Assembly (NCBI GenBank): GCA_028534125.1
Contig: CM052818.1
Location: 41,976,001 to 42,040,000, forward strand
DNA: 64,000 nucleotides
DNA from: Lama glama
Lineage: Eukaryota
Reading direction: 5' to 3'
The position numbers and the translations under genes are program-made. The notes under the pieces were generated by a model. It was not told the origin of the DNA. It was given only the letters and a program-made list of their open reading frames with translations, and made no database searches. This document shows, piece after piece, positions 1 to 11,074 of the stretch; position 1 is the stretch's first letter, and each line of letters begins with the position of its first letter.

Positions 1-358
1 TGTCACACCAAATACAGGACCTGACTTCAAAAGTCCTGCAGGAGCCAGGTACCTTGGGCCATAGGAATTTAGCCATTCGGCTCCCATCTCTGAGAACCTC
101 TCGCTCCTGTGTTTAAAGAGTCCTTGAGGTCCTTTAAGGCCCTTATGCAGAAAGAGGAAGCAAGCATCCATTTATAGGCCACCCACTCTGTGTCACACAC
201 CATGCTGGCTGTTTTATCTACATTTAAAAATTTTAATAGATAAGGTTGCCCTCCCATTTCAAAGGAGAGAGAGATCTCGAGACCCAGCACCGCTTTGAGA
301 CTTGCTCCAGGTCACAGAGCATGGAAGAGTCCGGTTAAAGCCCCACAGCCCGCCGGCT

Positions 359-401
359 CCCGCCACCCCATGTCGCCCCCGCCACCCCACGTCGCCCCCG
401 C
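359..401. repeat. GC-rich 19-bp tandem repeat (~2.3 copies)
   Basis: CCCGCCACCCCATGTCGCC (359-377), CCCGCCACCCCACGTCGCC (378-396), then CCCGC. Confidence 0.9.
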
Positions 402-794
402 GCGCATGTCAAGTTGGCAGGTGTGACCTGCCCAGACACGGAGAAGAGTTTCAGGCAAATTTGAAAACCGCAAAGATGGTTTAAAAGAGGGGAGAACTGT
501 TTTACTGTGGCCTTGGCTGGATTTCCTTGTTTTTGAAGTGGCCGTTCATTTGGTACCAGGGCATTTTAATCAATTAGGTTGAAGCTCGCAATTTACGAAC
601 GCACCAAAAGCCGGCATTTGCTTTTGTTATTAATTAAGAAGATCATTCTTTTTAAGTGTTCTTTGATCCGACCATTTTTTGGCCTCCTAGTTTCTTGTAA
701 ACATGGCCACGGGGGTAGGTGAATGTAGAAACCCGTCACAGCGGGAGAGTGGGAATCAGGACTCAGGACCCCAGGACCTGTCCCAGCCCTGCCC

Positions 795-960
795 CTGCCC
801 CTCAGCATGACCTTGGACAAGCCACCTGACTTCCGTGAGCCTCAGTTTCTTCCCCAAATAGAAGATTATCATCTCTATTCCAGCTTCCTGTCAGGGACAC
901 TGAAGATGAAAATGAGACAATTGAGATGAAACATCAAAACCTACAAAGGATTATGCAAAT
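795..960 (+). mobile_element. MIR SINE fragment
   Basis: MIR core-like 'tgaccttggacaagccacctgacttccgtgagcctcagtttct' followed by a MIR-like 3' part. Confidence 0.75.
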
Positions 961-2029
961 TGGGTTTGTTGCTAAGGGAAATATTACTGTTAATATATAA
1001 AAACTGTGGTGTGAAATATGCACCGTTCTTCCCAGTTAGAAAAAGGTTGTCAACAACAATTGAGGGCGACACATATTTACTCAGTGTCCTGTGAGTTTCA
1101 GGGAGCCACCAGCTGTAGACTAAGAGTCAGTCATGCATCTATTCATTCCATGACCGGGGACTTATTTCAAGCCAGACCCCGGGCTTGGGGAGGTGCCGAG
1201 ATGAAGCAGACACAGAGCCTGCTCAGGTCAGCCAAGGAAGCCAGCCTTCACACACTTACCCAGTGAAGCAGAATTAAGATGAAGACAGAGCAGAGGGAAG
1301 GAAGAATTGCCATGGGAGCCCAGAGGAGTGAGGGGGTTGAGGTGATTATGCTGTCTGGGTGGCTGTGGAATTTGGACTAGTCAAGTTTGGGCTTTTCTCC
1401 TGTGAGCCCTTGCCCTCAACCTTCACCCTCTACCGGTGTATCCTGCAACACCTTCCCTTGGAGATTTCAGGGAGGCCTCTGGTCTGTAGGACTTAGCATG
1501 ACTCGCGCCCTTTGGATGTTCATAGGGCTTGGCTTGCTGGTCTACCTCAGGCTGCCCTGAGCATGGACCTTGGGAACTCCTTGGAGAAAACGCTCCCGAG
1601 GGAGCCTCTCAGGTCACTGTCTCTGGCGTGTCCCATCTGTTCACTCATTCATCTATCCATCCAACCATCCGTGTCTTCACTCACCAGCCCCCACCGACCC
1701 ACGGACATTCAACCAGTGGGCATCCATCAGTGAACACGCCTCAGCAGAGCCTACCACGCCTGCCTCACGTTCATCCATTCAGCAAACGTTTACTGGGAGC
1801 CCGGACTGACCAGGCAACTCCACGTCACAGGGCCCTTTTGACAGACTTCCTCAAAAGCCTGCATAAATTCAACCCAACATTACAAAGAGGTCCTTTCCTC
1901 TTCGTGGGTCACTAATCAGAGAAAACATAATTCATACTCCTGGCAAATATCATCACTCAATCAATGGATACACAATAGTCCATACTGCCTCACCTTTGCG
2001 TGTATAATATAAAATCCAGATTCGCTTAA

Positions 2030-2175
2030 CTTTTAGAACTTTACAGACCACGTCCCATTTTGCAGATGAGATAACCAAGGCCTTGCAAGCGAACAGTAAA
2101 GTGGTCAAGGTCATATAGTAGGTTAGTGGCAGAGCTAAGGCTTTTATCTCCCCAACCCAGACCAGTCTTCAACCC
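2030..2175 (-). mobile_element. MIR SINE fragment
   Basis: reverse core 'cccattttgcagatgagataaccaaggc...caaggtcatatagtaggttagtggcagagct'. Confidence 0.75.
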
Positions 2176-2317
2176 CATATTATAATATGTTCTAATATTG
2201 CATGATGTTCTAGAATATGCCATCCCTTCAGCCAGAAAACATCAGAGACTGGGCTAGTCCAAGGAGAGCTGCTTTCAGAGACCCACAGAAATTCAAATGG
2301 ACCACCAGATAATCAGA

Positions 2318-2413
2318 TAACCTGCCCAGAGGGCAGGGCTTGTGTTATTCATTCCATATCTCTAGTGCCCACACACTGTAGGTGCTCTACAAATGATTGT
2401 TAGTTGAATGGAT
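2318..2413 (+). mobile_element. L2 LINE 3' end
   Basis: 'gagggcagggcttgtg...tctctagtgccc...taggtgctctacaaatgattgttagttgaatgg' resembles the L2 terminus. Confidence 0.65.
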
Positions 2414-3743
2414 TATCTATTGGGGAACTCCTTACTGGCTTGAAGATAGTGAGCAAAATCAAAAGCGAAATCTAAAATGAGAAAGCTGATTAACACTGAC
2501 CTGAAATGACTCTTGAGAAGCGTTGACAAGAAAAGCTACATGGAAGAAAGACTTTGTAAATGGCCAAGCCCTGAGAAAAACATTAGCTGTGTTACTGCCA
2601 TGTGGAGTCATAGAAAGATGAGGGGGCAGCGGGAGAACCAGGATCTGGGGGAGGTGACATAGGCTGAGCAGAATCTTGGAAGGAAAGCTCAGAGAAATAC
2701 AGTATTTAGTACCTAAAAATGTTATACACAAGAGATCTGGTCGTTCATTTGCTTGTTGGCTTTTCAACAGGGGAAAAAAAAAAAAAATGGTGGGCAAATG
2801 AAAGATACTGTGGCCACTCACAGCCTAAACAAGAATTTTAACAAAAAGTGAGCTTTTCTTCTTGTGGTTTTGATGTGGATGTCGGACCAGATTACTAAGA
2901 GGTAACTCACCTTTACTGAGCCCTCGCTGGGCACAGGGTGCTTTCTGTACCTTATCCCATTTAATTAGGAATTTGAGGCAGATTCAAAACTGCCGTCCCC
3001 TAGTTATTTGGGTTCTGGAATCCAGGGATCTGGGAGGGCTCAGGTCAAAGGTTTCCCCATTATTAAAGTGTCCAGAATGACAGAAAGATCCAACGCCCGC
3101 CGCCTGACCTCCACCTCCACCTCTGTCCCTCCCCTCCTGCCGCCCCAGCCACAGTCTTATTCAAATAAACAGTCTTAGGTCCCAAGCGGAGTTCCTCCGA
3201 AGCCAAAGCAGAAATCCTAATTGTGGTTTAATGAGGCCCGGGTTTGCTCTGACCGGGCTGTTTACTGAAGCAATTTCAGTTTGCTCCTTCTGTCCAGAGA
3301 TTGCAGCCACTGACTAGCCTGTTCAGGATAAATGTCACAACGGGCACCGGGGGAGGTTCGACCAGCTCCCCTCTTCCCTCTGTCCCCTCACTCTGCAGAA
3401 GGAGCCGAGGGATAAAGAAAGGGAAGATGCATTCTTTGTCTCTAAGGTACACTGAGGCAGCATTTAAAGAAGGGACAGCACTCTGAGAGAGGGGAGCGTG
3501 ATGCTCTGGGGGTCCAAATCCAGCTTTCTCTGGGTCACATGAAGAGCTGGTCCTGGAAGACTTCCCGGAGGAAGCGTCATACGGCATCACATGGCAGCTG
3601 CTCTGGAGCTGACTCCATATTAGAACTCAGAGTGCTGTGTCCTTTCCCACAGCTTGTGGCCACCCCAACAGCCTGCAAAGGGCTTCCCTGGCCTCTTCTG
3701 CACCGTCCCTGTGCAGGAGGTAACTTCAAAAATCTCTTGGTTG

Positions 3744-3921
3744 TGCCAGAAAAAGAAAGAAAAATGCCATATGATATCACTTACATGTGAAATCTAAAAA
3801 AACGAACACAAATGAACTACTTATTTTTTATAACTTAGATGATTGATTTCTTGAAGATATGTAAGCACATTTGACTGTCCTTTATGATTGGATTACTACA
3901 TTCTGTTGATTCTTTAAAAAA
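3744..3921 (+). mobile_element. L1-mediated chimeric insertion: L1 3'UTR fragment + unique ~90 bp + poly(A), with 16-bp TSD
   Basis: AAAAATCTCTTGGTTG occurs at both 3728-3743 and 3922-3937; 3744-~3828 resembles the laurasiatherian L1 3'UTR ('ccatatgatatcacttacatgtgaaatctaaaaa...acaaatgaact'); A-run at 3916-3926. Confidence 0.85.
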
Positions 3922-4269
3922 AAAAATCTCTTGGTTGCAGAATCACAAAGAAACACACATTTAAGTGATCCGTTCAGTGTGGTGGCTCCTCCTGCAATGG
4001 GAAGCGCCCCAAACCTGGAGGCCCAGTGCCTGCTGCTTCGAGGGCATGACACGTGTCCTATTATGGCTTCACTCCCAGGCCTCAGAGAGGAGCAGCAAAG
4101 AGGAAAGAGAAGGAAGATAATCTTTACTGAAATGTTAAAGGCAAATAGCATCTCCCTTATTATTTTGATTGATCAATTCTTGCTGCCAGTATCCAAAGGA
4201 GGAAGCCCAGGCTTGGAGAGGCAGAGACTTGCTCAAGGTCCTGCAGTGGTGGAGCCAGAGTATATCTGG

Positions 4270-4440
4270 AATTATTCATTCACTCACCAACGACTTACTG
4301 AGCGCTCGCCATCAGCCAGGCGTGGTTCTAGGTGCGGAAGGTGTATCTGGGAATAATCAAAGACCTGGCCTCTTGGAGATGAGATTCCAGGCAGGGAGAC
4401 AGACCATGGACACGTTGATATATAATATAATATAACGTCT
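4270..4440 (-). mobile_element. L2 LINE 3' end
   Basis: 'attcattcactcaccaacgacttactgagcgc...gccaggcgtggttctaggtgc' is a reverse L2 terminus. Confidence 0.65.
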
Positions 4441-5449
4441 GTAAGATGCGTCTGACTCAAACCCTCGCTCTCTCTTCTACATCGCATGGCTTTCCTCGCA
4501 GCCACGAGCATCTGGCCTCCGACGAGTCCCTCGACCCTTTTTATTTCCACGCACCCGACATTCGGGCTTAATCGCGTGCTGCCTATCCACACGCCCTCCA
4601 TAAACCCCAAATGCCCCTTTGGGGGCTTGTGCCTTCCCCACAAAGCCATCCCTGCATCAAAGGAGAACTCTGTTCTCGGCCTGATGCCTGCGGAGCAGCT
4701 GTCCTCAGCAGGCCTGGAATCCTCCCCAAAACAAGTCAGCCCCTGGGGTTCTCCTGTCCTTCCTGGAGGTACCCTCTGAAGTTCCTGGCGAGGAAGTTCT
4801 GGTTCAGATAAAGGTTACCCAAATAGCTCCAGCCGCCCAAAATGTGGTGGGAGATTTACAGGAAGCAGGGAGGGGTGGCACTTCCAGGGGCCGTAAATCT
4901 CTCCTGCCCGCGGCCGGGGAAGCGAGTGCGCCGCCAGCACTAAATCAATTTCATTGGCGTGCTCCGGTGTTTCTGCACTTGGAGGCTGGGCCTGCGGTGG
5001 GAAGGAAATAGTTGTCAAACATCAGGAATGATGAGGACAGACGCCGGCATCTGAGGTCATGATTTCCTGTGGACCAGAGAGCTTGTTGGGCTTGGTCTCT
5101 TCTTGGGGGTCTTGCCCCAAATGCCTCTGTCCCAGGGAGTGAGCAGCCCAAGCTCCGTGACCTTAGGGTCCAGGTAGCATCGCTCTCTGGGGGCTTTTCC
5201 CAAAGTCCCCTTCTCCCGGGCTCCGTCCTCCCAGCTCTCTGCGCGTTGACTCCATCTCATCAGTCATACCTTAAGCGCAAATGTCTCTTTCCAGACTGGC
5301 TTTCCCTGCACGTTCTAACTAAAGTAAGCCCGCAGACCCCACTGCTCTCTTTCGGTATCTCTCCGGTGTAGAGCCTTCATGGACAACCCTGTATGGAAGA
5401 ATCTTGCGGCTGTAACCACGGCGACCACCTGCAGAGCGCCACCAGGTCA

Positions 5450-5570
5450 GCCCCATGAAGGTGGCCTTGCTGTTCACTATTGCATTCCTGGTACCCTGCT
5501 CAGGACTGGGTATGCACTAAGTGCTCGATAAAGGTTTATTGAATGAAAGAACCAATGAAGAAATGAATCA
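5450..5570 (+). mobile_element. L2 LINE 3' end
   Basis: 'tgttcactattgcattcctggtaccc...aagtgctcgataaaggtttattgaatgaa'. Confidence 0.65.
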
Positions 5571-6344
5571 CCAAAAGGCTTCCACCTTAATCTCCATCTT
5601 CCATCCTGAGTAGCAAAGATGGATAGTGAGGAGAGGGATAAACTTATTTATCCCAAACACTAGGAATGTTTTCACCAAAAGCGTTCGCGGTGTGTGCTCA
5701 GCTCTAGGCTGCAGGAGGGTTGTTTGTGTGTTTTACTCCCACTACAGAGAGATCTCACGGAATCAGGGTTCTTCCTCTTTTACCCAAGGGACCCAAAGCC
5801 CCAAGCCTGGGTTCTAGGGCAGCACAGCCGAGGCTGCTGACCTCTGGCTCTTACCTCCTTCCTAGTGTCTTGCTGTGTCCCCCTTTGGGACAAGGCCAAA
5901 GTCTCTAAGGCTCACTTGTAAAATCAAGGTGAACATGCGGAGGAGCAGGAACGAGGATGGTAGGTCAGTACCTGGCACCAGAAAGTACCCGGTCAAGGTT
6001 AGCGTTCTTCTCTGTTGCTTCCTTTTTCATTCACGCAGTTTCATGGTATTTCTTCTCTTACTTCCCAAATCCTATTTCTTCCCCACCACAACTCCCCGCA
6101 CCTCAACTTACCAACAATTTCAACACCCGCCCCCCACCACCATGTCTACTGTGGTCCTTGTTTTAGGTATGTTCCTCCCTTACTAACTAACCCAATTTTT
6201 AAAATTCAAAAAAAAAAGTTTCAGTCACCACCTCCAAGAAGCCTTCTAGGATTTCCAGTCCCATTTTGATGTAAAGAAAAATGTCCAACAACACTTTCAA
6301 CTTTTCTTTGTGATTATAAGTTTAAACAGCCAAGAGTTTTAATA

Positions 6345-6500
6345 TTCATTCATTCAACCCACACGTGTTACAGGCACAATCATCAACCTCAAGAATATAA
6401 AGACAAATCAGATGTAGCCTTTTCTCTCGGAGAGCGCCCAGCCTAGTGAGAGAGAAAGACCCATAAGAGCAGTACATGATGGAGTGGTAAGAGGTCTAAA
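6345..6500 (-). mobile_element. L2 LINE 3' end
   Basis: 'attcattcattcaac...tctcggagagcgcccagcctagtgagagagaaagac'. Confidence 0.55.
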
Positions 6501-6509
6501 GAGCAAACC

Positions 6510-6630
6510 AAATCAGCCAGGTTAGTGCTAGCTGCTATAACAATAAGCCCCCAGATGTCTCAGCTTCACAAGATAGAAGGAGATTTCTCGTTCATGAAAC
6601 AGTTCAATGCACGTGTGCTGGTTGGCAGGA
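6510..6630 (-). mobile_element. MaLR (MLT1-type) LTR fragment
   Basis: 'tcagccaggttagtgctagctgctataacaa...cccagatgtctcagcttcacaaga...tttctcgttcatg' resembles the reverse 3' end of MLT1J/K. Confidence 0.55.
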
Positions 6631-8223
6631 GGCTGGGTGGGAACAGTAAGGGAGTTGGGGAAGCTTCTCCAGCTGGGGAAGGAAGGGACAGTTCAAGGAC
6701 AGACTCATTGAGCCAGCTCAGAGGCTGGTTAAAACTAGAGCTCGTGTATTTGATGTGTGTGGTAATTGGTGTGTATTCAGGCCAAGCCAACGATGGTCTT
6801 TTGTTTAGGATGGAAATACACAATTTCAAGGAGGACAACAGGGACCCCAGCTTGGGAGCTATCCACGAGGCTGGCTTGCCCTCTTACCATCAGGTCATCT
6901 AGCATCTCCAAGGTGGACTCACTTTTAAGGAAGGCTTCCGTCTCCACTTTCTGTCTTAGAGCGTGGCTAGATGGAGTCCAAGAGATAAAAGAGCCAAACA
7001 AGGGTGTGCTCAGCTCAGAACTATAACATTTGCCAGAAGGGGGAGGGTGCAAGGACCAGGGGGAGTATCTGTCCATGGGGAGCCAGCCTCAAGTCTGCGT
7101 GAGCACATGGTATGCAAGGTGGCGGGCACCTGGCAAGGGGTACAGCTGACTTATCAGGATGGGAGACCCTCTGACCCCATCCGGCCAAGGAACCAGAGCT
7201 AGATGAGACTGGAAGGCCAGGTGGGCTAGCCCCTCGACATTTGAATCCTTGGTTATGGCATTTCCACGAGGGAGAAATTCAGCTTGGATGTCTCACTGGG
7301 CAGACTGGATGTGTCAGGAAGCTCTGAGAGAAAGATTTCCTCAGGTTTCACTAAAATCCAGGACTTCATCCCCCACGTTGGACCCCCAGATCGTCTTCTG
7401 CCCTCATCGGACACTCCAGGAAACAGAAGAGGGGAGGGACTTGCCCATGTCCTCAGCAAATCCATGGCAGGTCTGGGGAGGGAAGCCAGCTTCCCCCATA
7501 CCCGTTCTTGGGTTCTTCCCACTCCATTTTGTCAAATCTGTTTACAAAAGAGAAAAACCAAAGGAGCTGTATTTCTTCCAACTTGGTTTTGAATCTCCGA
7601 GGTTTTCCTGGTGAGACAGAAGGCACGTGGGAGGCTGGAGGAGGGCCCTGCTTCTCCAGGGGACCGGAGGTGTCAGCGAATTGTGACACGAGGAAATACA
7701 TTCGCGCAGAATGAAAATGGGGGAAAGGGAGCAATTTTCAAACCTTCAAGCAATTAGGAGAAAAGGCATCTCAGGAAATAAAAAATGACCCTTTCAGGAA
7801 TGTTCTTTCAGAGAGTGAACAAGGAGCCCACACATCTATTACATAAAGTAAATAGTCTGGTTACCTGATTTTCCGCGTAATTGATGGGGTTCTCAGCATA
7901 ATCACTCTGGCGTTCATTAACAGATCTTGAAAACAAATTTTAACACTTGCCACACATCAAAAAAAATTTTTTTTTAATTGCAGGAAAGATAAATCCCCCT
8001 GGAAGGAATTATTTATTTCAATGCACCATGAACGAGTCTGCACAGATAACGTTCCCTCAGAAAATGGCTCGTGTCTCTGTCATGTTTACATCCGCCCTTC
8101 TCCACCACACAGGGCGAGCCGCTCCCAGGATGCTCAGAGGACTGCGCCCCCACCACCACCCGACGGGTCCCAGGGCTGCGGGACACAGGGCAGGAAGGCC
8201 AGGCCGAGCAGGGGACGGGGAGC

Positions 8224-8365
8224 TTGAATCCCATTCTGCCACCTCCATGCCATGACCTTGGGCCCCAGTTTCCTCCTCTATAAAATGGAATCAAGCTTAG
8301 CGATCATCTCATGAAATTATACACGAGGAATGCTTAGCAAGGGGCCAGGCACATGGTTGGTGCCT
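8224..8365 (+). mobile_element. MIR SINE
   Basis: 'ttgaatcccattctgccac...tgaccttgggccccagtttcctcctctataaaatgga...gcttagcaaggggccaggcacatgg'. Confidence 0.75.
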
Positions 8366-8882
8366 TACAGAAGTGGCTTATTCTTATTTTGTGCAGATAC
8401 CGGCCCTTCCCGGAAAGCTCCCAGGCACTGGGGGGAGACCACTCTAACCCAGTGTGTTAAGTGCTCTGTGGGGGAACCCTGAAATAGAAGAGGAGCAGAA
8501 GAGAGGGTGATTCTCTCTGGAAGGTGAAGTCGGGGTGGCCTCGCTGAGATGGTTACACTCAAACGGGACTGTGAAGGGTGAATGTGAGGAAGGAGGGCGG
8601 GAGTCCAGGCAGGAGACGGGGCAATACCAGGGCTCCGAGGGAGGGCCCGGTGGGGCCCGTGCAGAAAACTGCTGTCACGTTGGCAGAGCCGGTGCTCGTG
8701 TGCCACGGGTGGGCTGGATCCTTCCCTTGAGCCAGAACAGGAAGGCTGGGGTGCATCTCACACCGGTGTCTAAAGGTCATCACCACATGAGCGCTCCTAA
8801 GAGGGGACAAAAGGTCTGGTGTCCAGCCCCAGAGCCTCAGAGCTGGCGAGGGCACTGGTCTCTGCCAGAAGCCCCCCACCCG

Positions 8883-8915
8883 TCACCCCAGCATCACCCC
8901 AGCATCACCCCTGCT
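8883..8915. repeat. 11-bp tandem repeat x3
   Basis: TCACCCCAGCA TCACCCCAGCA TCACCCCTGCT. Confidence 0.85.
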
Positions 8916-9999
8916 TCTCCTGGTCTGAAGCATCAGTCTGTCTTTGCAGCTGCCGGGAAACAAATTCCGTTTGCCCCAGTCAGGGGCCTGGCTCCCTGGC
9001 AAGGCAAACAGAACCTCCTACCATCCAAGAGCTTGGAACAGGGTCCAAGGAGAGTCCGTAGGAGCCAGGGGATTCCACGAATGACGATTTGAACATGGCA
9101 GCCCAAGAGGGAGGGGCTTGAACATGGGCCCCCAAGGAGTTGGCAGCCGATCCCAGTCAAGTGCGGCGAGAAGCCAGGTCTCGGGACTCCCAGGCCACTC
9201 AGTGCTCCCACCCAGCACCGCTGTGCTGAGTGGCTCTGGGAACGCCCTCTGGGCGAGGCGAAGGGCGCCCCCTGCGGTTGTGCGGACAGAGCCTAGGCGG
9301 CCGAGGCCATCGCCCTGCACCCAGCTCTCCAGGCAGTTAGAAATCGGTTCTTCCGCATCACGTGATTCCAACGCCCAGTGGACACAGAACCAGATCTTGC
9401 CCGTTACTTGCAGGGGCTTGGCACTCGTCTAGTCCAGCTTCAGTAACTGCCATACGTGAAGCCCTCGCCCCTTCCTGACCTTGCCCATGGCCGACGTGGC
9501 TCATTAGTCACCATAAATGTTCCTGCCAAGCCTGGTCGAGGCCTCCTGATTTTTCTCAAAACTGGGCCCAGGACAGCCATCACTGATTCATTCACTGATT
9601 CAAAATATATTAATCTCCGTGCCAGCCCCTGTTCTAGGCACTGCTCGGAGTTGTCCTTGACCCAGATGCCATGTGCAATGTCTGACCCACTGGCTCAACG
9701 TCCACCTGGGACGTCCAGGCCCAGAGAGCATGATGACCTGCCCCCCATCACATAGCCAGACTCCTGATCCAGTTCTGTGTCTCACCCATCACGATGCCTC
9801 CCACACTCCCGACTCTGTAACTGAACAACACCGCAGTGAGCACCCAGCCCTGTGCAAGGAACACATGGATTTCCTTGTTCCTTGTCACTTGCCCATCAGG
9901 AGGCAGTAATAACTAGCTGGATCCTCACTGCCAGCCCAGATTCCTTTTATCATTTACAAGTGGAATTGTATTTGGTGGCTTAGCTTCCCCCAAGCAATT

Positions 10000-10191
10000 T
10001 ACATACATCTTGTCTTGCACAGAACCTCGTCAAGTGAGTGTGAGTGGCTCCATTTCACATTTGAGGATGCTGAGGTCCAGGGAGGTGGGCTGACCTGTCC
10101 TTGGAGGTCACGCAGCCAGCAGGGACCAGGTCAAGATCTGAGCCAGAGCCCTGGCCACAGTCCGAGCGTCTCTCACCACGCCCTGCCGCCT
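10000..10191 (-). mobile_element. MIR SINE
   Basis: 'ccatttcacatttgaggatgctgaggtccaggga...ggtcacgcagcc'. Confidence 0.7.
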
Positions 10192-10574
10192 TTCCATGCA
10201 CACACTGTGTTCGTCATTTCATTCACCCTCGGACTTGTCATCACTTGTCACGGATTTAAATTTTAAACTTTTTCCTTCGAAATAGCCTGCTTTCATTTGG
10301 CAGTGGCTTCTGCAACTGTGCAGTTTGAGAACAATATGAAAATCAGCATTTCATCAAGATGTAAAGCTTGTTAAGTGAGATCTTGAAATCTCTAAAATTA
10401 TTCTTCCAGGATCAAGCGGAACAAAGGATGCTTGAATTTTAAGCATTCATTTAGGGGAAAAAACTGAAATATATGTCCATGAATCTCTAAAAAATAACCC
10501 CGAAGGGAGGCAGTGGAGGGAGTTTCCACCCTAGAGATTTTCCTCTTGAAAGGAACCCCGCAGGGAGTGCAGGG

Positions 10575-11074
10575 NNNNNNNNNNNNNNNNNNNNNNNNNN
10601 NNNNNNNNNNNNNNNNNNNNNNNNNNNNNNNNNNNNNNNNNNNNNNNNNNNNNNNNNNNNNNNNNNNNNNNNNNNNNNNNNNNNNNNNNNNNNNNNNNNN
10701 NNNNNNNNNNNNNNNNNNNNNNNNNNNNNNNNNNNNNNNNNNNNNNNNNNNNNNNNNNNNNNNNNNNNNNNNNNNNNNNNNNNNNNNNNNNNNNNNNNNN
10801 NNNNNNNNNNNNNNNNNNNNNNNNNNNNNNNNNNNNNNNNNNNNNNNNNNNNNNNNNNNNNNNNNNNNNNNNNNNNNNNNNNNNNNNNNNNNNNNNNNNN
10901 NNNNNNNNNNNNNNNNNNNNNNNNNNNNNNNNNNNNNNNNNNNNNNNNNNNNNNNNNNNNNNNNNNNNNNNNNNNNNNNNNNNNNNNNNNNNNNNNNNNN
11001 NNNNNNNNNNNNNNNNNNNNNNNNNNNNNNNNNNNNNNNNNNNNNNNNNNNNNNNNNNNNNNNNNNNNNNNNNN
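10575..11074. other. assembly gap (500 N)
   Basis: run of N; the round length suggests a placeholder size. Confidence 0.99.

Noticed and set aside
6181..6191. TACTAAC branch-point/QKI-type motif
   Set aside because: Single occurrence with no array and no convincing downstream acceptor
6525..7076. Overlapping ORFs with protein-like composition next to the MLT1 fragment
   Set aside because: No recognisable homology or splice pattern; a BLASTX would be needed to exclude a decayed pseudogene fragment
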